64,000 nt of DNA from Selaginella moellendorffii (lineage: Eukaryota > Plantae > Lycopodiophyta), in NCBI RefSeq assembly GCF_000143415.4, contig NW_003314265.1, positions 572,405 through 636,404 of the forward strand, given 5' to 3'. Shown one piece after another: positions 38,922 to 51,800 of the stretch. Position numbers and translations under genes: made by a program. Below the pieces are notes generated by a model. The model searched no databases. It was not told where the DNA came from and saw only the letters and a list, made by a program, of their open reading frames with translations. Numbering within the stretch: position 1 is the stretch's first letter; every line of letters starts with the position of its first letter.

Positions 38922-39409
38922 AGGTGCCAAGGATGGAAATGGTAACACATGCAAGTGTTACTTTAAAAAAAAAAATGGTTTACCGTTCGATGAAGACATC
39001 GAACTTCGTCTATGGGTGGTGGAGTTGTGAGACACAAAATCCCTAGGCCCCAAAGTGGAGCCAGAAGGGCGCCACATGGTAGTGGCTGAAGCGAGAGCCA
39101 AACGAGCGTAACACGTTTGGACCAAAAGCTCCGACTTGAAAAGTCAAGAGCGGGAGTGGAACTCCCAACGAAGTGTTCGAGGAACGAGCACGAAGCGAGC
39201 AAAAAGCGAGGCTCCAAAAAGGGACCCAAAAGGACCAACACATGACACGTGGAAGTGTCTGAGATGGACTCGAGTTGGAGTCCGAAGTGGAGTCCGAGAT
39301 GGACTCGAGTTGGAGTCCGAGGTGGACCCGAGATGGACCCGAGATGGAGTCCGAGATGGAGTCCGAGATGGACCCGAGATGGAGTCCGAGATGGAGTCCG
39401 AAGTGGAGT

Positions 39410-40194
39410 NNNNNNNNNNNNNNNNNNNNNNNNNNNNNNNNNNNNNNNNNNNNNNNNNNNNNNNNNNNNNNNNNNNNNNNNNNNNNNNNNNNNNNNNNNN
39501 NNNNNNNNNNNNNNNNNNNNNNNNNNNNNNNNNNNNNNNNNNNNNNNNNNNNNNNNNNNNNNNNNNNNNNNNNNNNNNNNNNNNNNNNNNNNNNNNNNNN
39601 NNNNNNNNNNNNNNNNNNNNNNNNNNNNNNNNNNNNNNNNNNNNNNNNNNNNNNNNNNNNNNNNNNNNNNNNNNNNNNNNNNNNNNNNNNNNNNNNNNNN
39701 NNNNNNNNNNNNNNNNNNNNNNNNNNNNNNNNNNNNNNNNNNNNNNNNNNNNNNNNNNNNNNNNNNNNNNNNNNNNNNNNNNNNNNNNNNNNNNNNNNNN
39801 NNNNNNNNNNNNNNNNNNNNNNNNNNNNNNNNNNNNNNNNNNNNNNNNNNNNNNNNNNNNNNNNNNNNNNNNNNNNNNNNNNNNNNNNNNNNNNNNNNNN
39901 NNNNNNNNNNNNNNNNNNNNNNNNNNNNNNNNNNNNNNNNNNNNNNNNNNNNNNNNNNNNNNNNNNNNNNNNNNNNNNNNNNNNNNNNNNNNNNNNNNNN
40001 NNNNNNNNNNNNNNNNNNNNNNNNNNNNNNNNNNNNNNNNNNNNNNNNNNNNNNNNNNNNNNNNNNNNNNNNNNNNNNNNNNNNNNNNNNNNNNNNNNNN
40101 NNNNNNNNNNNNNNNNNNNNNNNNNNNNNNNNNNNNNNNNNNNNNNNNNNNNNNNNNNNNNNNNNNNNNNNNNNNNNNNNNNNNNNNNNNNNNN
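39410..40194. other. Assembly gap (N run); second gap 40360-40539
   Basis: N characters. Confidence 1.
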
Positions 40195-43100
40195 GGCCCA
40201 GACTGTGGAAAGGAAGAGGAGCAGTCCTCTGGGGTAGTGACCAAGGACACAGTCATGTGGTGAGGAAGTCCTAGAGGACCGTGGGACTTAGGGGTCAGGC
40301 CGGTGGGCCTCGATCCAGTGGCAGTGTTGGCAAACACGGCCAGGGGCAGAAAGGGACTTNNNNNNNNNNNNNNNNNNNNNNNNNNNNNNNNNNNNNNNNN
40401 NNNNNNNNNNNNNNNNNNNNNNNNNNNNNNNNNNNNNNNNNNNNNNNNNNNNNNNNNNNNNNNNNNNNNNNNNNNNNNNNNNNNNNNNNNNNNNNNNNNN
40501 NNNNNNNNNNNNNNNNNNNNNNNNNNNNNNNNNNNNNNNTTAGCGTAACGGGCTGATATGTTGGTGGTACCTTGGGGTGTCGATCATGGGATCGGACACG
40601 TGGAGCACTTGGACCAAGTGCTAAGGTTGAGTGGCATGGATGCCATTCTCGGGGCTAGCAAGCCCCAAGTCCTAAGTTGGACTTATGGAGGTTGTGAATG
40701 AGACTCCTCCAAGTGGTCAGAGGTGTGGTTAAGTGACTAAAGTAGAATGGAAAAATTAGTCGCTTACAATTTGGTATCGGAGCTGTTCCTTAGTCCGACT
40801 TTTATTGGTGCTCAAGTATATCACCACTAGTGTTGGCATCAGAAGGTCCGAGGAGTGGGCCTATCCTTGAGGAGTAGCAAGTCGGGAAGACATGGCTCTC
40901 CATTACGGTTCATGTGTGAACTTGTAGACGAGGTGGTGGATAGAAAAGGGCCAATAATGGAACGACTTTGGGATCTTGGGAACAGTGCAAGGTTTTCCTC
41001 ATTGAGTTGAGGATGTGATCCGGATGAGCATTTGTCTCAGCAAATTGGCTAAGGTTGTTGTGGTAAACAACTAAAGTTGGGATCACGGGAAAAATAGAGA
41101 CTCCAAAACAATAAAGGAGTCACAAGATTATCCTCATATAGTTGAGGTTGGTGCTCATGAATGTGAGACCAGAGGTAATGACCGTGGGAGGTCAAATACG
41201 GAAGAGGACTCAAGTCCTTGAAATGGTAGCCGGGGCTACCTTTAATAAATGCTGGAACAACCCAAGGAGTTGGGGGGTGTATTTAGAGATGAGTGGTATT
41301 CTCATCGCATGGACAAGTAGTCTTAAGGGGCAAAAGTTGCCCCCAGAGAACAAAATCAAGTGTCGGAGTAACACTTGTGAAAATAGTCCTTTTGAGTAGG
41401 ACAGGAATGCCAGAAGTGTATTCCAGTGAGCTAGTGCCTCACAAGTAGGACCTTAAGGGTCTGTGGATTAACCAAGTCCAAAACTGCTGATGACTCAAGT
41501 AGAGTCAAGGGATGGCCCTAAAATGACTGATGGAAGCATTTGGACTGAGGTGTGTTGTACCCCACAAAGGATGGGGGGGGGATCATAGGATCCAAGGATG
41601 AGAACAGAGGGTATCTCATCGATGGCAAAATGTGCCATGCTAAAGTTATGGGAAAGGTGTTCTCAGAAGAAAACAACTTTGACACAAAGTTGTGTGTGAT
41701 CTCTATAGTGCAGTGCTAACGGATGGTTGGCATGAGAAAGAGCGGTGTTTGTCTTGGCAAAGACATAAACACGAAGGGGAAGTGTCATAGAGGTAGGCTT
41801 GTGGAGCCGATGGTGTGGAGACACCAAATGTGCCAAGGTGTGATACCTTGAGGCTATGTTGGTGGGTTCATGAGAACCCCTTGCCAAAGGAATCCCAATG
41901 GAAATGGGAATGGCATAACCTAAGCTGCAGAGCATGCAGTTGGAGTGTGGTGACCCAGATAATGATGGAGGTGTGAAAGCACCAAACAATGAGTTGTAGG
42001 ACTTGACAACTATGAGGCAACTAAGCAAGAGGTGCAAAATAACTAGTTGAACGGGTAGAAGGTAGCTACCTAAGACTTCTTAATAGCATAGGGAAGTCGG
42101 ATACACCCTTACGGGGGATAAGTTGCTTGTGTTGCGATATAGTAAGTCAATGTCATAAAAGGAAATACTCATTGTCAAGAAAGCCATCATTGGGACACTC
42201 GAACACTCTAGAACACCAGAAGGTGGTGTTTGATGTCGCGAGGGCAATGGATAAAGCCCAAGGGGCTAAGTCCCTAGCGAATGATGGATAGAAGGTGCTA
42301 TCCAAATGTCCAAGGTTGCGGAGACAGGAGAGGACTGTCTACCCGAGTTGGACAAAGCCAAGAATGGAATTTTGGCAAGGCTAGTGATGGGCATGTAAAG
42401 GCCCATAAGCAACAATGTAATCCCAGTGTGTGGGATTATAAGGTGAGCATACCCGGATTGAGGAACCACTCCTTGGGCTATTGGGTAGGTTCATCCCTAA
42501 GAATACTTGCTAAGGCATGATAGAAAGTGCAAAAGCTATCCTCCTGGTCTGGAGGAGAATAACCAAAGGAAACATATGGGGCCAAAAGGCAAGTAGTATT
42601 GGGATGGAACTGAACCATAGAAATCGAAGGGCATAACCAAGGTTGGTTATGCCAGCTGGGAGTGGAGAATCAAGTGGGGGCTCGAGGGTGTTGCCGCTAG
42701 CAACCGTGATGCCATGGAGAGTCTAAAATATGGAATTGTCCATGTTAGACTATGTGGCATTTGGAAGGCTTGCAAAAAGGGAGGCCTTAGCAAGCTGAGG
42801 GACAGAGTTCCTTCAAGGTTCCCAAAGACGATTCTAGGTAGCTTAGTACCTAGAAAGGCCAAGTGTAAATGGTTCATGGAACGCGCGAAATCAGAGTGGC
42901 GCAGCAGAAGCGTGGTCTTGAAGCTTGCCATGAGGCAAGGCTATCAAGGTTAGGGAAGTAGTTCCCGAGTGTTCAAAGAGAGGGCTTTGAACGAAAGTCG
43001 ATGGTCAAGGACTTTCACGCTTATGCAGGAACCATGTTACAATGGTCGGAGGACTTGCCAAGTGAGATTGGCACGTCGGGGGAACAAAGACCCTAGTTGA

Positions 43101-46100
43101 AGGTGATAACTTCAAAAAGGGTGGGCCATGGGGCCGAGCATGGAGGAGTCCATGCATGATCACAGACATGTCAAGTGAGAGGACTTGGCAGTGTGGAGGA
43201 ACTAGGTTCCTAAGCTGTGATCTGTAGCGCGCTTTAAAAATAGGTTGGTGCACCGGCGTGGGGAGTCACGCCAGGCATCTTGTGTGATGCCGTCCGTAGA
43301 TGCATATACGGAGGTTGGGTTCGAGTCCCGACCCTCTAGTGCTTGGGTTCGAGTCCCAAATCACTAGGGCGTGGTGATGGTTTGGAATATGAGGACACTC
43401 ATATTTCGGTGGTCATGGACTCTCAGTGGGGAGACTGGTTTGGGCACACCGCCAAGCGAGGGATGCCTCGGAGTCGTGATGCACGGTTAGATTGCTTAGT
43501 GTGAAAGCTCGGCATATCTAACTTGAACGCTTTGGTGCGAGTGGCACCAAGGACGTGGTGAGTGAGATGGGGACACCTAATCTCAGTTGCTATGGACCCT
43601 TGGCCGGAAGGGCTGGCTTGGGCGCACCGCCAAGTGTGGGGGATGCCCCCGGGGTCGTAGTTAACAAATTAAAGGTCTGGAAGACCTAGTACCTATTGGC
43701 AAACCTGTTAAGGTGCCAAGGTGAGATCACTAGGTGATCTTGTGGCTAAATAAGGACAAGGTCCTTGTTTGGGTTAAGGAATAAGGTTCCTAGTTCAAAG
43801 TGTTGATTTGAACTATTGATGATGGTGTGGCTTGGTCAAGGTGACCAAGTGGGAAAAGCACCTTAGGGAAATGAGCTATGTCATTGCGATGGCATACTGT
43901 GTCCAAGGAAAGTAGTTTCTAAAGAGACTCATGGGAGGGTCACAAAGTTGGGCCGTGGATAGAGCCCACAGCAGAAGATGCTAAAGAGACTTACTAGGGG
44001 CGAACACCCTAGTCTTGGCAAAGCAGAGCCTTTGCTATGGAATCACAAGAATACCTCAAGGAGGGAGGTAGAGATTCGATGTTGCTTGGTGCAACAATCA
44101 ACGGATAGGAGCAAAAGATGAGTGGCCAAGATAGGGCCGTGGAATCCCTTGGAAGGAATCCAAGTGACAAAGTTATGCGGGGAACACTAATGTGTTGGAC
44201 GCTAACAAATTCCGGAAAAGGAAGTGTGTTTCCAAGGATGAATTCCGAATTGCTCTGATTTGGCGAAAGTGGAAGCTCCAAGGGAGGGAGCGGTAAGGTA
44301 GCCAAATGATAGGGCCATGGACAGCCCTAGCACAAAGTATGATAAATGGAACTTAGTGCCCAAGGTGGCATGAAATAGAAGAGAGGATGATGGTGCCCTC
44401 AAGTAATGAGCTTCCTAAGATGGGGAAGTGGAGTTGCACAATCTGTGCAATGCAAGGTGTTGGAGACACCTAGGAAATTGACTTCCAAAAGTCAAAAGAG
44501 TAAAAGTTCCAAGGTGCAAATCAATAGATGGAAATTGAGACTACTCGAGAAGGAGTAGCGGGATTGACTTAGAGAAGGGTCTCTAAGAAGTTTAGCGAGA
44601 ACTAAACCAATAAAAAGAGAGAACCACTATATGTGGTCCAATCAGTCTCTAAGTTGGAGAGACTACCCTCCTTAGAGGATAGGCAAGGCATGGTGAGCCT
44701 TTGGTGTCAAACCATTGAGGCATATGCAAAAGGCATGGTGAGCCTTCAATGTCAAACCATTGACGAATATGGAGAAGGCATGGTGAGCCTTCAATGTCAA
44801 ACCATTGACAAATATTGGCTAGGTGCCAAGGATGGAAATGGTAACACATGCAAGTGTTACTTTAAAAAAAAAAATGGTTTACCGTTCGATGAGGACATCG
44901 AACTTCGTCTATGGGTGGTGGAGTTGTGAGACACAAAATCCCTAGGCCCCAAAGTGGAGCCGGAAAGGGTGCCACGTGGTAGTGGCTGAAGCGAGAGCCA
45001 AACGAGCGTAACACGTTTGGACCAAAAGCTCCGACTTGAAAAGTCAAGAGCGGGAGTGGAACTCCCAACGAAGTGTTCGAGGAACGAGCACGAAGCGAGC
45101 AAAAAGCGAGGCTCCAAAAAGGGACCCAAAAGGACCAACACATGACACGTGGAAGTGTCTGAGATGGACTCGAGTTGGAGTCCGAGGTGGACCCGAGATG
45201 GACCCGAGATGGAGTCCGAGATGGAGTCCGGGGTGAACCTGAGATGGACCCGAAATGGAGTCCGAGATGGAATCCGAGATGGACCCGAGATGGAGTCCGA
45301 GATGGACCCGAAATGGAGTCCGAGATGGACCCGAGATGGATCCCGAGATGGAGTCCGAGATGGACCCGAGATGGAGTCCGAGATGGAGTCTGAAGTCGAG
45401 ACCGAGACCGGGACCGAGAACGAGACCGAGGCCGAGGCCGAGACAGAGCCCGAGCCCGAGTCCGAGTCCGAGTCCGAGTCCGAGTCCGAGTCCGAGTCTG
45501 AGTCTGAGAGGGTGAAAGCCCAAAGCGTTCGTCTCCCAGACCCTGGGGGGTTTGGTGAGCTCCAAAAGTATAGTAGGGGGAGGACTGCAGTGGAGCCAGT
45601 TTGGCCAGGAAAGGCCAGTTTGGCCCAGGAAGGCCGGACCCAGTGTTGGGTGATGAGCTGCCCACTGGGAAGTCCAAGACTAGAGTGAACACAGACCGAC
45701 AAGCGGGGTAGCTTGGTGAAGTGTTCAAGAGCCGGCTCTAGTTCCCCCGGGAGATCGACTGGCCGATGCTCCCAGTCCAAGTGTGGGTGGCACTACCTAC
45801 TTGGATACCAGGCGTGGCTCAACGGAACCTCGCTCTAAGCCCATGGCTAGAGCACCTAAAGGCGAAAGGTGGGGAGAGTACCCAGGTAGCTCGCGTAAGG
45901 CCACGGTGTTCCGAAATGGTGTCCCAAAGTCCCAGACTGTGGAAAGGAAGAGGGGTAGCCCTCTGGTGGGGTGACCAAGGACACAGTCACACAGTGAGGA
46001 AGTCCTCGAGGATAGTGGGACTTAGTGGTAGGGCCGGTGGGCCTTGATCCAGTGGCAGTGTTGGCGAACACAGCCAAGGACAGAAAGGGACTTGGTGGGG

Positions 46101-48159
46101 ACCGGAACCGAGATATTGGGGAAGGCTATTCCCCATGTCTGTAGGCATCCTAAGGATGTTAAGGAGTGGATCTGGGATGATCCCTCATGGACGGATGACC
46201 CAGTCTTTGAGAGACGGGATTGGAATGCAGGTGGTGTTGGACCACCAGTGTGACCAAGGTAATTGGGCATGGCCTTAGCGTAACGGGCCGATACGTTGGT
46301 GGTACCTTGGGGTGTCGATCATGGGATCGGACACATGGAGCACTTGGACCAAGTGCTAAGGTTGAGTGGCATGGATGCCATTCTCGGGGCTAGCAAGCCC
46401 CAAGTCCTAAGTTGGACTTATGGAGGTTGTGAATGAGACTCCTCCAAGTGGTCAGAGGTGTGGTTAAGTGACTTAAGTAGAATGGAAAAATTAGTCGCTT
46501 ACACCTAACCACTAAGTCCCATGGTCCTCTGGGACTTCCTTACCACACGACTGTATCCTTGGTCACTACGCCAGAGGATTACTCCTCTTCCTTTCCACAG
46601 TTTAGGCTTTTGGGACAACATTTCGGAACAGCATAGCCCTATGTAAGCTTCATGGGTACTCTCCCCACCTTCCACCTTTGGGTGCTCTAGCCATGGGCTT
46701 AGAGCGAGGTTTGGTTGAGCCACGCCAAGTATCCAAGTAGGTAGTGCCACTCACACTTGGATTGGGAGCATCGACCATTCGATCGCCCAGGGGAACTAAA
46801 GCCGACTCTTGAACACTTCACCAAGCTACGCTGCTTGTCAGTCCATATTCACTCTAATCTTGGACTTTCCAGTGGTCAGCTCATCACCCAACACTGGGTA
46901 TGGCCTTCCTGGGCCAAACTGGCTCCATTGGGCTCCAACCCCCACACTCTCCCTACTATACTTTTGGAACCCCCTGCTACCCCCCCCCCCGCTCCCCCCT
47001 CCTGGGGGACGATTGCTTTGGGCTTTCACCTAACAGTCTGTATTAGTATTCGGACTCGAACTCGAACTCTTTCTTAGTCTTGGTTTCGGACTCGGACTCG
47101 GTCTCAGTCTCGGTCTTGGTCTCGGTCTCGATTCTATCTCGGACTCCATCTCGGGTCCATCTCAGACTCCATCTCGGACTCTATCTCGGGTCCATCTCGG
47201 GTCCACTTGTGTCCCTTTTCTAGAGACTCACTTATCGCTTGCTTCGTGCTTGTTCCTTGAGCACTTCGTTGGGAGTTCCACTCCCACTCTCGACCTTTCA
47301 AGTCGGAGCTTTTGGTCCAAACATGTTACGTTCGTTTGGCTTTTGCTTAGGCCACTACCACGTGGTACCCTTTTGGCTCCACTTTGGAGCCTAGGGATTT
47401 TGTATCTCACAACGGCATTGCAGTGGTACAATGGTTTGAACACAGGCACTCGTAGGGATTGGAGTGTTCTTCTAGACATCTTCAAACCCACATTCAGACA
47501 TGCTAATGATTGTGATAATGCTTTCCAACAATTGTATCATCTTTGTCAAGGGCCATCTGAGTCAGTGATGCAATTTGGCGTTCATTTCCGAAGCCTCTTA
47601 CTTCGTGCAGAGTTAAATATGTCGGAGCAGATCAAACTAGGAATGTTGTGGCCAGCACTTCATTAAAATCTTGTTGAACTTATACATGCACTTACTCCCG
47701 CCACCCTTGATGATGCTCTTCGCTTGGCATAATGTTATGAGACATTGTCTCTTCCACTTTTCACTGCATGTCCTTCAGCTCCACTTCCTGTGGGTGATGG
47801 CTTATTCCAATGGAGGTTGATGCTACTGCTACTTGAGTCCAAGGATAAGGGTGAGGCCGTGGTTGTGGCCGTGATGTTCATTGTTGGACGTGTGATGAAG
47901 TTGGTCATATTTATCAGTATTGTTGGTGTTTTCCAGATTGGCAGCCGCCATTTCTTGGGTGGAGACCCTGGTGTCAACATGTCCTGTTGGTGCTAGGTCT
48001 GGACACTAAAATGCATCTAGAAAACGAGGAGTCATGTAAGTAATGGAGGGACCTTGTGCGAATAAGTTAATGACCCTTGCATCTTTCTTTCAAGAGTATC
48101 ATCAAGAAGTTCACTCGGCACTAATTCATCTAGTGTTTACTTTCCAAGCTTATATTTAT

Positions 48160-51100
48160 AATAAGTAGCCTTCTATTATTCTCTCTATGTTGGTTAATAC
48201 AGATTCAAGTTTATCTTCTATTACTCAACCTGTTGCCATACGTTATTGTTTACACTTGCGTCGTGTAGTGGAGTTAGTTTTCATTCTTTATAGCAACAGC
48301 TGTACACATGCATGTGCAAGGGATGAGGCAGACCTATTTGTGTGTGTGGGCAATCTGCTCGGGTTGCAATTGTTACGGGTGGTGCCGAGTCAAGCTTTTG
48401 ACCTTATTTTTAGTATAGATTAGGTGCAACACAATCACGCCAAATATGACTTTGAGGCTTCTTCCCCTTGTCTCATACTTCCTTATATTACATTCATTCC
48501 TCTCACTTCTGTACCTCTTTGTCCCTCTGCTTCCATTACTTTTGTCCCTTGATTACTTCCTCCTATGTTTCTGTCTTGTTTTGCTCTTCCCTTTTTCGAT
48601 CCCTCCAACAATCTTTGTGTTGTAGCAGTTGACTAGCTTATGAAGGAGTATTCTGATCTAGCGCACAAAATGTATGATACATACACTTTGGAGAGATACT
48701 GGCTCGAACTCTCACCGTCTAGATCCCCAGATCGGCGCCTCACTGTCACGCTAGATATGATTAGCCAAACCACACCGTAGTGATTTTTTAATAGTCTATT
48801 GTCTGGGGCAAGGATTGCCACATGTCATCTGATTCCAATTGGGGATGCTCATCCAATTAAGGTTCCTATTCATTGTCGGTCACCCAAAGAGATCAAGATT
48901 TAATGTGCAAACATCAAGGAGATGTTGGAGAAGGGTGTTATTCGGAAGTCGCGGAGTTCTTGGGCATATGAACCTCATCTTGTGATAAAGCCTGATGAGA
49001 GTATTCATTTCTGTATCAACTCATTCGTTAGACGAAGTGACAATCCCAGATGTGTACCCTCTTCCTCACATTGTTGATCTCTTGGTTCGTCTGGGGTGAA
49101 GTTGTTGGTTCACTAAGCTAGATTTTGCTTCTAGGTATTGACAAGTACCGATGGCCAAAAGAGATATTTCTAAGACTACTTTTCATACATTGTTTAGTTT
49201 GTATGAGTTCTTAGTGATGCAGTTTCATTTGAACAATGCTCCAGCAACTTTCTAGCAGATGATGGACAAGATTTTTTGTGATATGCCAAAAGTGACTACT
49301 GACTTCATTGATGATGTCTTGATCCATTCGGAGGGGACGTGGGAGGAGCACATGTTTATAAAGTGTTGGATCGGTTACGGGACGTTGGTTAAAGTTGAAG
49401 CGGTCAAAGTATGTGTTTGGGTCCAAGGACATGACTTGTCTTGGGTATCATATTTCTCGTGAGGGTTTGCAAATTGATCTTGATAAACTTGTGGCTGTTA
49501 TAAAGTTCCTTATTTTAAAGTGTGTAAATGATGTGCAGCACTTCTTGGGCAAGGTGCAGTGTCTCAGTCATTTTCTAGATCATTTTTTTTATGACACTAC
49601 ACTGTTGTGAGCATTGCTAAAGTCATCAGTGTCATCTTTCATTTGGTTTGTAGATTGTGAGTGGGCGTTTATAGACCTCAAAGAGCTATTAACGACTCCT
49701 CTAGTTTTGGTGTATCCTCACTATACTCGACCTTTTATTTTGCGTATGGATGCTTCTGATATTAATTTGGGAGGTGTGTTGATGCAAGAGAACCCAAGTG
49801 TGCCTGGTCAGCACCATCCTATTGCGTATATAAGCAGTACATTACAACTAGCGAAGGTGAATTAATTCACGATAAATAAGGAGTGTTTAGCAGTAGTCTG
49901 GGGTTTTGAGAAACTTCATGCATGTCTACATAATTCTCAGACGTTACTTGAAGGTGATTATGTTGCTGTTACTTTATTATTGAAGCAAAAGAACTTGGTT
50001 GGTTGTATTGTTTAGTGGGCTTTGAAGCTTCGAATATATGATTTTGATGTTGTTTATTGCCCAGGGAGTTCTATAGCCAATGCTGATGCCCTTTCTCGAA
50101 CTCCTCTTCCTTCTCCACTCTCTTCTCATGTTTTTTACGACCCTATTGTTCTAGCATTTGTGGATTTTCTAGACGAGGATTTTATGCCGTCGGCAGGTGC
50201 TATACTTAACGTTTAGTGTCCACAAGGTGCAAAGCAAGACCTACCTTCTTTTGATGAAGTTTGCGAGGCTCAAAAGATTGAGCCATGGATTTGAAGGCTT
50301 TGAGATGGGTTTGAGAATGTTGCATCACTTGCTGATGACTTGCCATTCCGACATTTATATTTTCAATATTGCCTTGAAGACGGCCTTCTTTATTTTGTGG
50401 GGACTGATCCTAATGATCATTTACGGCTAGTGGTGCCTTCAATCTTTATTCCACGGTTTCTTCATGCCTACCATGATTCTCCTATTCTAGGTGGGCATAT
50501 AAGACATTGTCGTGTGACCGAAAAGTTGCACAGATCTTTCTATTAGCTAGAGATGCGATGCAATGTTATCTAGTATATGTGTAACTGTGTTTGGTGTTAA
50601 GCTCATAATACTCCCTCTTGTGCTACGGAAAGACGGTTGGAGTCAAGTGCAATTTCCCATCTATTTGAGTTGGTGGCATTTGATCTTATGGGACATTTTC
50701 TACGATTGAATGTTGGTAATAAGTATGTTATTATTGCTTCTGACTACTTGACTTGTTGGGTGGAAGTTAGTGCTCTTGCTAGTGCATCTGCAATTGCTGT
50801 TGGATACTTTCTTCTCAATTGAGTGGTGTTTCAGCATTCTTGTCCGAAGTGGATTCTTTCGGATAATGGTCTTGCATTTATGGCTGAGGCATTTTACGTT
50901 TTAACATCTTGGTTGAGGATACACCACACTTTTACGAGTGCTTATCATCCACAGTTAGACGGTTTGGTGGAATGGCTTGTTCGGACATTCAAAGGAATGA
51001 TCACGAAGTACGTGAACTTTCAGCATTCAAATTGGGATGGTTATTTGCTATCTCTTCAGTATGCATATATCACAGAGGTGTAGAATTATGTTGATGCTTC

Positions 51101-51560
51101 ACCATATAAACTTCTATATAGTCATGATCCAATATTACTAATAGAGTTAAGTTTACCTTTGCGATTACCATGAGCTGCCGATGGTAGGTCATGGGATCAG
51201 TATTTGACGAGCATTCTTCCACTTATCCGAGTAGAGTTTATTGAACACTAGGCCGCATACAAGTGAGACAACAATAGCACTACAACTCCCATCATCGTTC
51301 ACCTACGGAGTATAAAATGAATGACTTGGTGTTAGTCTGTTTTCCCCATTTTATAGTATGTGGTTTATCTAAAGGGTTTTTTATTCAGTGGAAAGAACTA
51401 TATTGGGTGTTATGGACCACAAGCTTATAATGTTTGGCATGACATCCAAAAAGCCAATACTCCAAAAATTATATATATGTAGCGGTTGAAATATTTTATA
51501 CAAAGGGATTAGGAATAGTTATAGATCTACTAATGCCTCCTCTTAATGTTCTTCCAGATT
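48160..51560 (+). pseudogene. Decayed gypsy pol (protease, RT, RNase H, integrase) of family B
   Basis: LVNTDSS (protease remnant), FIDDVLIHS, MDASDINLGGVLMQ, NADALSR, GGH, SDNG, AYHPQLDGLVE; many stops and frameshifts. Confidence 0.9.
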
Positions 51561-51800
51561 TCAGCTCATCTACAAAAGAACCCTAATAGTCTTCCATTGG
51601 GATAATGTGAGTGTATAGCTATAATGCTGTATATTAATATTAACATAGTGGGATTTTAGTAGTTATCAGATTAATTTTAATTTAGACCACTCATTTTTGT
51701 ATATAAGCTAAGGTTTTTGGGCTAATTGATATGCATATTCCTTTTCCATATTCCATGCACTCACAAAACTTATTTTGCAAATTAAATTTCAATTACATTC

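Larger units (their letters stand above)
33237..46503 (+). mobile_element. Family A non-autonomous (LARD-like) LTR element in tandem LTR-internal-LTR-internal-LTR form
   Basis: TG..CA LTRs at 33237-34869, 39026-40768 (gapped) and 44925-46503. Internal regions 34870-39025 and 40769-44924 (4156 bp each, near-identical, no gag/pol ORF). TSD CCTGA/CCTAA. Confidence 0.88.
32774..47411 (-). mobile_element. Family A solo LTR in inverted orientation, split into 32774-33236 and 46509-47411
   Basis: The two halves are reverse complements of LTR 33237-34869 and join seamlessly. Flanks ATAGC / ACGGC are a decayed 5-bp TSD inside family B gag. Confidence 0.82.
32100..51765 (+). mobile_element. Family B Ty3/gypsy LTR retrotransposon, full-length but decayed, interrupted in gag by nested family A insertions
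   Basis: 5' LTR 32100-32275, 3' LTR 51606-51765, 4-bp TSD AAAC (32096-99 / 51766-69), PBS TGGTGGAAATGAGG. Gag 32574-32773 resumes at 47412. Domain order PR-RT-RH-INT. Confidence 0.88.
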
